In this document: in pieces, positions 40,245-54,929 of the stretch
How the letters are laid out: every line of letters starts with the position of its first letter
How positions within the stretch are numbered: position 1 is the first letter of the stretch
From: Eledone cirrhosa
Taxonomy: Eukaryota
DNA length: 64,000 nucleotides
NCBI GenBank assembly: GCA_964016885.1
Contig: OZ024740.1
Coordinates: 380,928,001 to 380,992,000, forward strand
Direction: 5' to 3'
Made by a program: the position numbers and the translations under genes
Notes under the pieces: generated by a model
Database searches by the model: none
What the model was told of the DNA's origin: nothing
The model's input: the letters and a program-made list of their open reading frames with translations, nothing else

Positions 40245-40445
40245 TATACAATGGGGATGAAGAACTCAGTGCTCCTGTGGGAGCTCCTGCATGGACACAT
40301 TGGAAGAGGAAGACCGAGGTTAACATATGTTGATGCCCTAAGGACAGACACTGGTTTCTTGGACATGGCAGCGATAATGAGGGACAGAGACCGCTGGAGA
40401 GAACTCGTCCATGGATCTCGGGAAATTTACCCGCCCTAGATAGAT
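40245..40445 (+). mobile_element. RTE-clade LINE 3' stub with short (TAGA)n tail
   Basis: VLLWELLHGHIGRGRPRLTYVDALRTDTG..MRDRDRWRELV. Confidence 0.8.
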
Positions 40446-40466
40446 ATATGTATATATATATGTATG

Positions 40467-40508
<42 letters not shown>

Positions 40509-40509
40509 G

Positions 40510-41935
40510 TCAGGCAATGTCTCTGCCTTTTACAAGTACCCTGTATCCCAGTACAACCTGTTTCATGGTCGGGTGGCGGGCGAGTAAATCTGATCAAGTG
40601 GCTATGTGTGTGGCATAAGAACGTAATATCGTCATCTTTATGATCAGATATTTCTTTGCAAGTCCCACGGCGATGAAGAAGTGGCAACGTGTCCTGTCCG
40701 GCCAGTTAGAAGCGCAAAGCCACAAATCTTCACTTGGACGGCTCGAATTTTATCCTAACGTAGCTGCACTGTTAACCTGAAAAACAACATGCTTTGGTGG
40801 AGTCTGAGCAGTCATTTGGGGGTATGCATTGCTCGCACATTCCGCATGGGAAGAGTTTACAAAAGTTGACCTGAACAATGCTTGTTCAGTCATCAAACTG
40901 GCCAGCTCCCTGCGATTGGCGGTGGTTGATAGTAACAGGGAAATATCGAAGAGTTTCTATAACAAAATGTACAGAATGAATATCGGTACTTGGAACATAA
41001 GGGCACTTCTTGATTACAGGGTGTCCAGTAATCCTGAACGTCGAGCTGATTTTATAGCAAAGGAATACGCTAGGTATGGTATTGACATAGCTGCACTCTC
41101 TGAAACGCAACTGAGTGGTGAGGATCTGTTGACAGAATCCGGATTGGGTTACACTTTTTTCTGGAAGGGCAAGCCTGTGGGAGTGAGGTGTAGGCTTTGC
41201 CATTCGAACTGAGCTAACCAGCCAGCTGGAGCAACCCTGAAGTGTTAGTGACAGAATCATGGTCATCAGAGTTACCTTACCACAGCCATTCTTTGACTAT
41301 ATTTTAATTTATGCTCCGACTTACTCCAGAAGCGAGGAATCCGTAATGCCATTCTAACAAGGTCTTCTGTCTTACATTGCCAAAGTTCCAAAAGCAGACA
41401 AGATTCTTCTCCTTAGTGATTTTAACGCCAGAGTTGGTAGGGATCACGAGACTGGGGAAACATTGGGGATGTATGATCTTGGAAGCGTGAATGACAAGTA
41501 CAGCACCTTCTTCAGTTCTGCAATGAATTTGAACTGGCCATTTGCAACTCCTTTTTCCACAAGAAAGATGCCTCTAAGATTATTTGTATTCACTCAAGGT
41601 CCAAACATGGGCATATTCTTCATTATGTCATCTGTCGGAAACGAGATCTTCAGGATGCCTGTACTGCCCGAGCCATGTGTGGCGGTGAGTGGGGAAAAGA
41701 CCATGCTCTAGGACGTGGCAAAGGTAAAACAAGATCTAATGGGACAAGGCTTCCTAGACGTGTTGATGTGCCGACATTGCAGGACCCGGCAGTTTGTAAA
41801 GATCTGAAGAGGGCTTTTAAAGAAACATAATTTTATGGTACATGGGATCGGTCTCAGAATGCAGTCGAAACCACGAGTGTTGAAGTCCTAGGTCTCAGGA
41901 AAAAGAAACATTGAGACTGGTTTGCCAACGCAAGG
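40510..41935 (+). mobile_element. RTE (BovB-like) LINE 5' part: UTR plus decayed APE endonuclease
   Basis: MNIGTWNIRALLD..PERR..IDIAALSET..GYTFFWKG, then VGFAI, IYAPT, LLLSDFNARVG across frameshifts and stops. Confidence 0.88.
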
Positions 41936-41939
41936 AGTG

Positions 41940-42260
41940 GGTCCTCTCTGTCAGGATATTTCTTAAAATGACAAAACCGTATAGCGGAAACGTTTGAAGC
42001 GCTTGTATGCGAATGGCTAGATTCTTCGTTACATGTTAGCTGTGAGAGTTCAACTCACACACCCTTACAAAAGGATCGAAGTTACCAAGGGCTTGTATAG
42101 TTTGAGCATCATTGGAAAACTGATGGAGTTGCTTTTCCATATAACATTCAGCTTCATCATGGTAAAAGTGGCCTGGGCGAAACTTGTCAGTATCTCCTTT
42201 TGAGATATGCCGTCTTTAGTCAGAATGGGGCCAAGGTACTTGAATGTGTCCACCTCTTAA
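41940..42260 (-). mobile_element. RTE LINE RT C-terminal fragment
   Basis: DTFKYLGPILTKDG..KLNVIWKSNSISFPMMLKLYKPLVTSILL*GCES*TL. Confidence 0.8.
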
Positions 42261-42763
42261 AGTCTTCCTCCGTTCAGCATGATATTGGTCGCTATATCTG
42301 ATTATGACTATTAACCAGAATGTTCGGGTAGAGAGATTACCTTGATGTCCGGCAACAGCATCTTGAGAGATGGACGAGTACATCGGTTCACACCCGACTC
42401 TCACTATAAGCTCCGAAAGATTTCAAGCCACAACCCGGAAACTGCTTTTGCTGGCAGTCTGAACTTAATGGGGTACTTGGTGCTTGGAGAGGAGATTGGC
42501 ACGCCAAGCATTCTAATGCCCACTGAAATGCCATGATAGACAACAGTCACTATATATATACATATATTCTCTCTCTCTCACACACACACACATATATATA
42601 TGATGTTGTCGGACCTGGATTTTCTTTGTCTGCCTCACCTTCGACTGTGTCTCTGTCTTGTTTCGTTAATCTTTTGCTATTATCTGATTGCCTTGTTGAA
42701 TATGTTATACTTGTAGATAATCTTAATTGTGGTTTACATTCGAGTGTATATATTATTTTATAT

Positions 42764-43402
42764 CAATAATGTCACTGAGAGTTTTACCTTTTGCGTCGAC
42801 TTTAGTTATAGGATTTTCTGATATCACGTTTATATTTTTCATCATGGATTCATTTCGCTTATTTCTTAATAAATGGAAGTATTTTCTTTATTCTTATTTT
42901 GGTTTTTAGGTTATAAAATAGAAACTAGACTTCTTTTATTCTTCATCGTGTCATCGTTTCGCTCTTTTTTTTTCTTTCTTTTAATAGCTTAGTATCTTTT
43001 TTTTATCTTAATTATGTTTTACATTCCTAATTGTTTCTACTTTTTGGCACAAGGCCAGCAATTACCCAGCATATTACTGGTACTTCATTTTATCGACCCT
43101 GTAAGGATGAAAGTCAAAGTTAACTTCGGCGGGATTTGAACTCAGAATGGCCGTAACTCTATGCGTCAAAGCATAGCGTCCGGCCCTCTATCGATACTGC
43201 CAATCCACAATAATTACACTGAGATTTATAACCTTTGCATCGCCGTTTGTTATCGTATTTTCTGACATCATATTTATATTTTTCATCATGAATTCATTTC
43301 TCTTTTTCTTAATAAATTGGGTATTTTTTTAAATTTTATTTATTTATTATTTTTTTTTTTTTAGGTTGTGGAGTAGGAACTAGACATCTCGTATTCTTCA
43401 TC
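42764..43402. repeat. Diverged ~185-bp direct repeat pair (42764-42947, 43208-43402) with a SINE family A copy between them (43030-43208, minus)
   Basis: Shared caataat..cactgaga..tttatatttttcatcatg..actagac..tattcttcatc. Confidence 0.75.
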
Positions 43403-43979
43403 TTGGGGCTGGGAAATATGGATGTTATCTGAGGTAGGGATTATGGGGGATGTCTTAGTTCTATTAGAGACATTGGCTTTGTTTTTACGAATGTATTTTT
43501 TACGAATTTAACATCCGATGATCTTGTCCACTAGATATTTTGTTTATTGTTGTGCTTGCTTTTTGGGTGTATTATATATACACACACACATACCCCCCCC
43601 CCATATATATATATGCGTACATATTTTCATCATGTCGTTTCTAGCAGTCATTAGCAATAATCTTTCCTTTGAGTAAATTATTCAGATAAATTTGGTACGC
43701 AGTGACCTGAAACTTTGCATATTAGTTTTGTTTTCTTAAGGATAACTTCACTACCGGACTCATCACACTCCACTACATTATTATCGTGATTATCTGATTT
43801 GGATGATAATGATTGTTATTTTATATTTGTTTCTTGACGTTCTCCATCTTATTATTGTGAGAACGGGAGAATGGTAGTATTCGTAAATATGTCACACAAA
43901 AACCTATAGGAAGGATAAGGTACGTACATTAATTTTGGAACGAATAGCTATCTTTAGCTTCTGTTTATTTATATCTAGA

Positions 43980-44280
43980 TTGACCCGTCGTCCGTTTTAA
44001 TGATGAGTGTTCCTGTTGTTCAATCAATGTAACAGTTTGTAACAGTTTGTTCACTTAATGTAATTCCCAGGAAGATATAGTGTGATAGTATGATACAAGG
44101 CTGGCGCTTTGGAGTTTAGGTAAAAATCTATCCAACAGGCTTCCAAACACTTTGTGTCAAATTTCACTCACAAGGATTGGTTCGATCTGAAAGCATGGGA
44201 AATGATATTTGCAAGAGATGTCACGCAGGGGAGGGGGGGGGATCAAACCTGGAACTTTATCATTGCGTCATCCTATCAGT
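43980..44280 (-). mobile_element. Old SINE fragments of other families
   Basis: acaaggctggcgcttt and cactcacaagg..gatatttgcaagagatgtcacgcag..gatcaaacctggaac (reverse B-box) resemble octopus SINEs from memory; related old SINE-like fragments at ~11460-12060, ~44690-44825 and ~60690-60835. Confidence 0.4.
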
Positions 44281-45292
44281 TGATCGACACACACACAATA
44301 TTTCATAAGTAGGAAAAGAATACCATCTGGTTTTTAACTTAAGACATTAGAATGTAGTTAAGGGAAGGAAATTACCCGGCGTCATTCTTAGGAATGTAGT
44401 GACAGTGATTGTAAATAATTAATGTTTTCAGCTGTTTTTATTGTTATTGTTGTTATTTCAAAGTGACAGTTGTAACAACAACAATAATAATGGTTTCTAA
44501 TTTAGACACAAAGTCAGGAATTTAGAGGATGGAGGAGTCATTTGTGTCAACTCCAGTACTTGAATAGTACTATATATGTGTGTGTCTGTGTGTGTGTGTG
44601 CAAAGCAAGGGAAAGAGAGTGGGTGAAAGGAGAGAGAATATAGTCGATTTAACACACGTCTAAGTGAGTGAACCAAGGAAGGAAACCCCTACATAGACGC
44701 TCAACTACACAAGTATTGCCTAAATTGCATTGTACTATCTTAGAAAAAGTCGCAATGGATAATGTAGTTCTAGAGACATGACAATAGAATATTGAATGGG
44801 TACGGCTGGTTAGATGCAACAACTACAAAAAAATGAGTCGTTAATCTTAGATCAATTAACCAGATACAATTTCATCACTACTGTGCGATAGGTAATATAT
44901 GAGTATGTACGTTTGCGCTTGCTTGTATGGTTGGCTTAGAAGACACACCGAAGTGTGTGGCTCTATATATTATTGACTACGCTTAGTTGTTTATCTTAAA
45001 ATTCATAGGTATGGCGGTTTACATATGTGTGCATGTAAACATTTCGACATCTATCTATCTATCTGTCTCGCATAGTATAGACGCGTACAACATCGGCTCC
45101 TGCCTTTTTGAATTTTTACCTATTGACAGTAAGTGTTTGTCTCTTTATTGTGTTGTCTTCGTGTCTTTTAACCACCCGGCTAGGTCTGTAGACGGGTGGT
45201 CATCGTATTTTTACCCCTTTTGGTGGTAAAAACTACTCCAAACACTTTTTGCTGACTCACATGGTAAAAAATTGACGCCATGTCTGTAGCGT

Positions 45293-46833
45293 GTGAACGA
45301 AAACGCCACGCTCACTAAGGAAGAAGAGCGAAAGAAGCAAGCGGTACAAAGCGCTTTGCTTTCTCGCGTCAACGTTTTAAAAAACTTTGTAAAAAGCGAT
45401 ATGCCGGACAAACAAGTAAATACGGGTGCAAACCCAATTAATTACAACGAAAACACTAACAATGACAAAACCAACACACCAAATGAGAAAGACAACAACA
45501 ACAAAAATGAAAATAACTCAAACTACGAGAAACAGAACAACTCAAACACCAACAACGAAAACAAAATATCTTTTGCACAGACTGCTAAAATATCAGTCAC
45601 CTATGTGCTTGAGGTTATAACAAATGCAAAAGAAATGCTTGAAAAAGCAAAAAAATATGTATCTTTTGGCGAAAATGGATCTTTTCCCATCAATTCGCCC
45701 CCAGAACTAAAAAAACAGACGGAATTACGAACGGTTGTATTCCGTACAATTGCCAACAAAACAAGAAAACCAGCACAACCATCTCAAGCTGAAATTCAGT
45801 TGGTCCTGAAAGAGGCAATGAAAGACATAATTTTCATAAAAAGGATAAACTCTATGGGAGTTTATCCATATTGATGAAAGACGAATTGGCGGCGAAAAAA
45901 TACTCTGTGTCGCCAATTCGTTCCACGCATTACACCTTTTTTCCAACCTACATGGGTAAAAAAACCCAAAGAATTTGGATAACCACCATCACCCCAAACA
46001 TAAACTACTGGTGGTTACTAACCGGTTTCCTCAACTTGGACGAGGACAACCTTATATCAATAGGGAAGGCATCCGGCGACGCGTTCAGTGGAACGAGCAT
46101 TGAAGTTCTGACCCAAATATGGCCATAACGTATCGCCCAAATCCCTGAACGCGTCATGCTGGATGACCGTACCCACCTCAACATTATTGTGGAGGGTAGG
46201 CGTCCCTCCTGTTACCTCTGTGGCAACAGAGGTCACCTGAGGGCTACCTGTCCCCAGCTCACACCGAAAAAACTATTGCTACCAACACCCCAACAACAAC
46301 ATCAAAAACAACCAACACCACCACCACCCCAACAACAACAACAAAAACCAACAACATCACCACCACAACAACGACAAACACGTGAAAAAACAACACAGAA
46401 CACTGTCCCACCCAACCCCTCCCCACCCAAAACAGATACAAAAACACACACACCGCAAACACTACCAGAAAATATACCCCTCCCACCCAACAAGGAAGAC
46501 GAACCCCTTTCGTCGCAAGACGAAAAAGATCCCTTCCAAATAGTAAAGAGAAAGAAGAGGAGGTGCACCACAGACACACTTATTAACATAAACCCTCCCC
46601 AAGAGAAAACAAACTATATACAAACCACCCCTCCCCGTCACACATCACTAACTGCAACGCAAAAAAAGACTTTACAATATACATACATGAACACAAACAA
46701 CAAAGAACTAATGAACACAATTTCGTCAAACCCTTCGGTCCAAACTGAAGGGCCTAACTTTCTAACTGCTGTGGGACTACCTCATTTACAAATGATTAAA
46801 GTCCCAATGAACTTATACAAAACGTTGAAATAA
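45293..46833 (+). pseudogene. LINE ORF1 (gag-like, CCHC zinc knuckle), split by a frameshift and stops
   Basis: Three consecutive ORFs; IIVEGRRPSCYLCGNRGHLRATCP followed by a P/Q/T-rich tract. Confidence 0.8.
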
Positions 46834-47089
46834 ATTTCACGGAGGACGTGAGCCCCCCCCCCCCCCCCCCCTGCACCAAGCCAATCAACCGCGTCCTCCT
46901 AAAAAATTTCCCCACCCCTACCCAGACACCCACTCAACTACAAACACCGCAACCCCACAACACACTGATGCCCCTACACTTCCACAAACCACCACCTCAC
47001 CCAACAACCCATCCCCAACCCTCATGGAAATTGAGCGGCCCGCTCCCCGGGACGCAGAGAGGTAAGTACCTTTTCTCCTTACCACCAAC

Positions 47090-50000
47090 ATGGCTGTGCT
47101 GAGAGTAGGGTGTCTAAATGCGCGTGGCTTGGGCTCAACTTGGAAGCAAGCAATGCTTCTAAATGACCTCAGGTCACGATCTATAAATGTGATGGTTATC
47201 TGCGAGGCCTGGATCAGCAGCGTGCGACATCTAGCCCCCACCTTTGATGACTTTGAGATGCACGCATCTCTCTGTCAGCCCGGGGGTGGGGGTGGGGTTG
47301 TCGTTCTGCTGCAAAACATCTGGGTCTCGCCAAACAGATAGTTCACTTGGACCCAGGGGGTCGACTGGTGGTGCTGGACCTTGGCAGTGGTGAAGGTGGG
47401 TCCTTTAGGCTGGTAGCCGCATGTGCCCCTTTTGGGACAGAGCGGTCCGACTTCTTCCAACGTCTGGAGTCTTTTCTAGGGACGTCCCGTTCCCTGCTTT
47501 TAGTGGGGGACTGGAATGGTATCCTGGATGCACGTTGGGACTATGCAGGGGCATGTCCCGATAGAGAGGGGTGCAACAGCCTCAAGGGGTTACTCGGCCG
47601 ATTTGACCTGGCCGATAGATTTCGACTAAATTTTCCGACGGTGCCAACCTGGTCTTGGACAAATCGTAGCGGTCAATCTAGATCGTACCTAGATAGGTTC
47701 TTAGTTAGAAATAAGGACAGGGACTTTTTAAGTTGTCCAGAAATGCTCATGGTTGGCTATTCAGACCACAAGTTGGTGACCTGCATGGTCAACCTTGATA
47801 GAACGCATAGACAGGGTCCCGGTTACTGGAAGCTGAACTTGTCCTTACCGGCAAGTAAAGCTTACAGGGACCGGATTAGTACGTTAGTTAAGGAGCGGTT
47901 GACTGGAGCGATCGTTAACAAGAGGTGGTGGGTATCTCTAAAGAGAGAGATTAGATTAGTCTCGATAGAATTTAGTAAGGTTCTAGCTGCGGATAGGAAT
48001 AGGAAGGAAAGGGAGCTGATAGATAGAGTAGAAGAGGCAATTAGAAGCGGCGACATGGTCAGAGTGCTAGCGTCGAGAACGGCTTTGAGCCAGTTTTTCG
48101 ACGCGAAGCACGAAGGCTGCGTTGTCCGAAGTAAAATACGTGCTCTAGGGAACGAGGAGACCAAAGCTGTTAGCTGGGCCCGCGTGACAGAAGCCAAGAG
48201 TGGAACTAAATCCACTATCCGGTCTTTGCGAGACCAGGATGGTCGGGCGATCCTTGAACCTAAGCAGATGTGTGAGGCCTTTCAAAGGCACTTTGCCCGA
48301 TTGTTCGGAAGGGGCGGGGAGCCGGTTGGGGAAGTGGACCTCGGTCCATACCTCGACGGCCTGCCGCGTCTTTCGGACGAGGAGGCGAAGTCCTGCGAGG
48401 AGCCGATTTCAACCGCTGAGATAAAGGACGTGCTGAGCCAATGCGGCAAACACAAATCCCCGGGTCTCGATGGTCTTCCATACGAACTATATCTAGCTAT
48501 GCCGGACTTGTTCCCCGATCTCCTCGAGGCGGTCTACTGCAACTGGCAACAGAACGGGAGAATTCCCTGTTCTGTGACCAAGGGCGTAGTCACGCTAGTG
48601 AGGAAGGACGAGAACAAGGGGGACGAAACAAGTAACTTCAGGCCCATAACTCTGCTAAATACAGAGTTACAGATTTTGGCCAAGGTGCTAGCAAAGAGGT
48701 TGGCGCTTGTCGTGGGCAACCTGGTGGGAGATGCGCAGACATGTGCTATCCCGTCCAGGTCCATCCATGACGACCTCCACCTCATGCGATACATCATAGA
48801 GAGGGTTGGGAACGAACCCGGCTTTGGTGGGGCCCTGATCAACTTGGATCAATCTAAGGCGTTAGATAGGGTCGACCATGGTTACCTGGATGCAGTGCTA
48901 GCGGCGGCAGGCTTCGGGCCCGTTTTCAGGGGCTGGATCACTGCTATGCACAGCAGCCGCATCTTCTCTAGAGTCAAGGTGAACGGCTACTTCTCGGAGC
49001 CGTTCGAAATCGCGCGGTCCATCCGACAAGGGTGCCCTCTCTCCTCCCTTCTGTATGTATTGACTCTCGAACCACTACTGCGGAAGTTGGAGTTGTTGCA
49101 CGGCATCCCTTTGGAACCGGGATTGCAGAAAGCGGTGTCGGCCTACGCCGATGACGTGACAGTAATGGTGTCGACGGCCTCCGAAATCGGGGCGATCGGC
49201 ACCTTACTGGAGGAGTACGAAAGGTTCACAGGGGCTAAACTGAACCGGGACAAGTCGATCGGTTTGCAACTCGGCACGTGGAGGGGCAAACCGATGCCCT
49301 CCGATGGCGTCGTCGGACGCTGGACGGAGGGACCGGTGAAGTTGCTCGGGGTCTGGTTCGGACCAGACATCCAGGTGGAGAAGAACTGGGGTGAGGTTAC
49401 GAACAGGGTGTTTGCACTGACCCAGAAGTGGGCCAGTTGCAAACTATCCCTGAAAGGTCGGGCGGAGGTGGAGAACACCTATATAGCGTCCGTCATCTAC
49501 TACCGCCTGACCGTCGTGCCTTGCCCAAGGGAAACCCTCGCCAAGATGGAGCGCGCACTCTTCCAATTCCTTTGGAAGAAGCGGACTCCTTTGGTGAGGA
49601 GATCCATCTGCTGTCAACACCCTTCGAAAGGAGGGCTGGGGATGCCGTGGCTAATGATGCGTAAACACGCATTAAGGCTACGGTACCTCCACGTATTCCT
49701 CACCGGTCAACCGGTGTGGGCCCCGTTTGTGAGACGAACCATTCCCAGACTCGTCTCACTCACCGAGCTGCAATCCTGGGTCAAGCAAAGCCCGAGAAAA
49801 CTGGGCGCCTGGCACACTGAGTGTGCCCAGGCGCTCACGGCCTTCTGGCAGGCGGACCCGGTTATCAGTGGAGACTCCACCGCGACATTCTATAGAGGGC
49901 TGGTACGCAGCAGGTGCGACGACGCCCTCGGAGAAGCCCTAGACATGGAGGAAGACGAACTGGCCAGCCTGTTCGGTAGGACATTCAGTCCGGGACCTAT

Positions 50001-50526
50001 GGACAACTTCCAGAAGTCCCTGGCCTGGCAGTGCTACCGAGGGGCTCTACCCGTTCGAGAAAAGCTCTACAGACACGGGCGCCCGGGTGGAGACCCCACC
50101 AAAAAGATCTGTCCCAGATGCGTGTGCGACGAGGAAACCGTTGCACACGCATTGGTACACTGCTCGGGCGTAGCCGATCTGTGGGGCTATGTCGAACGAC
50201 TGCTATCACGGGTGGGACCGATCCGGTTGACAACCGAGGCCATTGTAACGATTAAGCCGCCTCCCCCCTTCAAAAATGAAGGAGAGGCGGTGTTTCTGTG
50301 CGTAATAGCCATGGCGAAAGAGGTTGTAGGGTGGACGCGTCTGAAAGGACTCAGGTCAGGCACGTTTCTCTCTGGCTAACAACTGATCCGTTTCTTCCGA
50401 TATCATTTCGGAAGAAGGATCAGGATGGAGAGAGAGATGCTCAACCCCAGTCGTTTTTATGAAAGGTGGGTGAAAGTGGCGAGAATGGCCCGTGTGAATG
50501 GGCCTTCTCTCTACATCAGCCTGTAG
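47090..50526 (+). pseudogene. LINE ORF2: APE endonuclease + RT + C-terminal cysteine motif
   Basis: CLNARGL, VGDWN, YLDRF, YSDH, SPGLDGLPYELY, FRPITLLN, RQGCPLS, AYADD, CPRC..ETVAHALVHC; frameshift near 47320; TAA at 50377-50379 after which the frame continues to TAG 50524-50526. Confidence 0.93.
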
Positions 50527-50755
50527 GTGGAAAAGAGAAAGGAACGAGGGAGCACCTCTCTCTGTGCTCCTGAGGAGAAGGGGTTACACACTTTTTTCGG
50601 GGGGGGGGTGCGACCCCCCCAAACGCCCCCTCCCTATTGAGGACTTTATTGTTAATTTTATATTTGTTATTTGTTTTCTTTACTCGCCTTTTTGTGTAAA
50701 CTCCCCCCCCCTTGTATTTGTCCCCTTCTTATGCGCCCTAGTGGCAATAAATAGA

Positions 50756-50812
<57 letters not shown>

Positions 50813-50813
<1 letters not shown>

Positions 50814-50997
50814 ACGAAGTTGTGGTAAGGAACCAGATGGACCATAAAGCACCAGAGTACTCAATACTTAGGGTAGTAGAGTAATAGGAAAATGTATGAC
50901 CCCGACGGCAGAGCTCAAGCCGTTTCGACGGCTATTTCTGGTTCGGGACTAAATAATTTAGTCCAGAAATAGCCGTCGAAACGGCTTGAGCTCTGCC
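50813..50997 (-). mobile_element. Fold-back unit (arms 50907-50941 / 50963-50997) with tail toward (TA)n
   Basis: Perfect 35-bp arms around an inner hairpin; same family as 55611-55730. Confidence 0.8.
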
Positions 50998-51000
50998 ATT

Positions 51001-51345
51001 GAAAATGCTGACAAATTGTTCCCAGTGAAAAATAGTTTAATTAGGAATAAGCAAAAATTAGTAATAGTATTGGTTAGTATTCAGTTTTGGTTTTAAGTTT
51101 TACCGGTTGCGCATTTCTAATGCTTTTCAAAAATAATTTTGAGATAGAACGCTCGTGATGTTTGCTCTAATCTGATTAGAGCAAACATCACGAGCGCTCT
51201 ATCTCAAAATTATTTTTGAAAAGCATTAGAAATGCGCAACCGGTAAAACTTAAAACCAAAACTGAATACTAACCAATACTATTACTAATTTTTGCTTATT
51301 CCTAATTAAACTATTTTTCACTGGGAACAATTTGTCAGCATTTTC
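51001..51345. repeat. 345-bp palindrome with 172-bp arms and a 1-nt loop (51173)
   Basis: One mismatch seen (51149/51197); contains a variant hammerhead at 51213-51248; related to 26835-26915. Confidence 0.95.
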
Positions 51346-51356
51346 TTTTCCTTTTA

Positions 51357-51406
<50 letters not shown>

Positions 51407-51422
51407 TATATTTGTATATTTA

Positions 51423-51886
<464 letters not shown>

Positions 51887-52532
51887 CACTACTCCGGAGT
51901 AACCAAACCAACCTGCGCACTTCGTCGAGTGCTCCAGTCTGCATACTGAGGTGTTGGTATACAACCAACATAAACTCAAAATCTATATATATATATATAT
52001 ATATTCATATATTTGTATATTTATGTATTTGTATATTTGTATATGCCTGTCGTTACAGTCAATATACGTGTGTGGATGCGTGTGTGTATGTGGGTGTATG
52101 TGTGTGTGCGTAAGTGTGCGTGTACGCATTGCGTGAATATGTGTATATTTACGAGTACCTACAAATATTCGGATACATAGATATTTATATGTTCGTGCGT
52201 TATTGTATGTATCTGTTTGAGTGCATGTATATGATTGGAGGTCCGATGGGGTTTTCTCACTTACAAGATAAGACGCATCAATTAGCTATTCGCTGAATGC
52301 GACTGGAAAGATACAGTTTAAGAGAATATAGAAACTAAGTCGTCATCTCAACAATGTATACATAGTGTCAACTATGTATTCAATCAACAAAGTACACATC
52401 ACACCTATACACGTACGATGAACTCTTAAATGTTTACTCATCTTGAATTATTTCAACTATACTGCGGTTATATTTTACTTTACTTCCAGTATTTATATTC
52501 ATATATATATGTATGTGTGTGTGTGTATGTGT

Positions 52533-52600
<68 letters not shown>

Positions 52601-53271
52601 GTGTGTATGATTGTTTGTGAATGTGTCTGCGTATGTGTGCGTGAGTTTTGTGTGTGTATTTGTCGATCGATAGCTTAGCCGTTTCTTGTATTAGAGAATT
52701 TAGTTCCCTTCTCTTTGACTACATCATCTATGATGAATAAGTCAGTTCTTACATAGAACATACGTTGACATAGATGGCAAGGAAGGGTGAGCAAAGGAAA
52801 TGATTGATTAAGCTAAATCTTTCGATATTGCCGTTTTTCTTCTTACTCTTTTCTTTCGCTTTCGAAAACAGATAATTGACACCAATAGGAACGAGGTTGT
52901 GTAATGAATGGTTCCAAACGAATTTGATACACCTTTTCGTTAGCTTGAGAGTTGACGTTAGTTGGGAACATATCTCAGGTGGATTTGCAGTGTTGCTTAT
53001 GTGGTCCTCATCATTGATGTAGAGAATATGTTTGTTGGTGAAACACTAGAGTTTGGTTAGATCTCGACGATAGAAGATCCAGGTATCTGAAATATATAAT
53101 AAAGTAGCTGTAATGGCCGCTTGGTAAACCATTCATATTTAACCTTTGGTTTAGCACTTTATTCTTGAAGACTTGCTTTGCCAACTTATGTATGTCTATC
53201 TGACTCTCTTTCTCTCTCCCACTCTCTCTCTCTCTCCCTCTTTCTCTCTCTCTTTCCCTTGCTCCATACAT

Positions 53272-53371
<100 letters not shown>

Positions 53372-53720
53372 CTGTGAGTGCACGCGCCTGTATGTGTGTG
53401 TAAATGGAATAATATATATATACACAGAAAATGGGAGAGGGCTTGAGAGTGAGAAAAAGAGAGAGATGGACTTGCAAATATAGAGAGAGTGAGGAGATCA
53501 AAATAGAGAAACAAAGTATTGCAAAGGATAGAGTGTACACAGCAATATGGGGAGGGGTTATATTTAAAAATATGACACAATGGCGTTCAACAGTCACGGG
53601 AAAATAACCTCTCAATGGTGAAATATTCATATATTTAGTGTTTGATTGCCGGATCCCACACACCATCTGTTTCCGGTTGTCATTGAGGAATTTATAAGAG
53701 CTGAAACCGAGACTAGTGAA

Positions 53721-53783
<63 letters not shown>

Positions 53784-53858
53784 AAACTATGTTACGTTTA
53801 GGCGTCCAGAATTGGTCCAGTACATGTTTTCACTTACTAGTACCACCTGTATAATGAG

Positions 53859-53949
<91 letters not shown>

Positions 53950-54389
53950 TGCGTGTGTATTAAAAACCATGCATATATGAGAGGCAAGCAGTCTCCATTA
54001 CCATTACCATTTTCAAAGAGTCTGTGATGGTTGGAGGGAGAAAGGTATTCTCACAACGGAAACATGGCTTGAATGGTAGACGGTAGTAATACAGTGGATT
54101 CTTGGAATGACAGACAAGAGCCGGGGATGTGGGTAAATCCAGCAACGCACGTAGTCGTAAGAGTTGTATTGCATAATATTGAATTCAGATTGGACGACGG
54201 CTCAGAGCTAGGAAAGATGCACATGAGACAACACAACATAGAGACAGACTTGGGACATTAAGTGTCTTTCGACGAGGACAGCAAAGCAAGTACCTAAACC
54301 GATATCAATAAATAGACTTACGACTGGAAAAGATGACAGAATTCGTTGCAGAAAAGTTACGCAGAGGTAATATATATATATACATATAC

Positions 54390-54486
<97 letters not shown>

Positions 54487-54664
54487 TAAAGTTAGTACTT
54501 CATCAGTGATCTTCCAACCTTCATTGGTATTTCATCGCTTTAAAGACCATATACATCCAGTTGGTGCGAGCAACGGCTAAAGAAAGTTGTTGGGACACGT
54601 AAATAAGGGGAACGAGCGAGACTGTAAACAATCAAAGATGGTAATGCAACGAAAAGTGAGGAAG

Positions 54665-54929
54665 AAGGAAGAAAGAGTCAAGTCCCAGATTTCCATGAAT
54701 ATAAGTTCGGTGAAATCGTGAACGAGAGGGAATAAAGACCATCAAACCTAGTCGAAATGTGAGCAAGGAAGGAATTCCGCACAGGTCAAACGGAAGGAAG
54801 AAGGAGTCTAGTCCTATAATTCGGTGAACATAAGTTCTGTGAAATCGTAGACAAGAGAGAAAAAGGGAACAACCAGCCTGGTCAAGCGTGCGCGAGAAAA
54901 GAATTACGCACAGGTCAAACGGGAGGAAG
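54665..54929. repeat. Diverged 129-bp tandem duplication
   Basis: aaggaagaa.gagtc.agtcc..ataagttc.gtgaaatcgt..cgcacaggtcaaacgg at 54665 and 54794. Confidence 0.8.

Larger units (their letters stand above)
45065..50756 (+). mobile_element. Apparently full-length Tx1/L1-clade LINE inserted in (ATCT)n
   Basis: 5' UTR, ORF1, ORF2, T-rich 3' UTR with AATAAA; (ATCT)4 at 45049-45064 and (ATCT)5 at 50757-50776. Confidence 0.93.
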
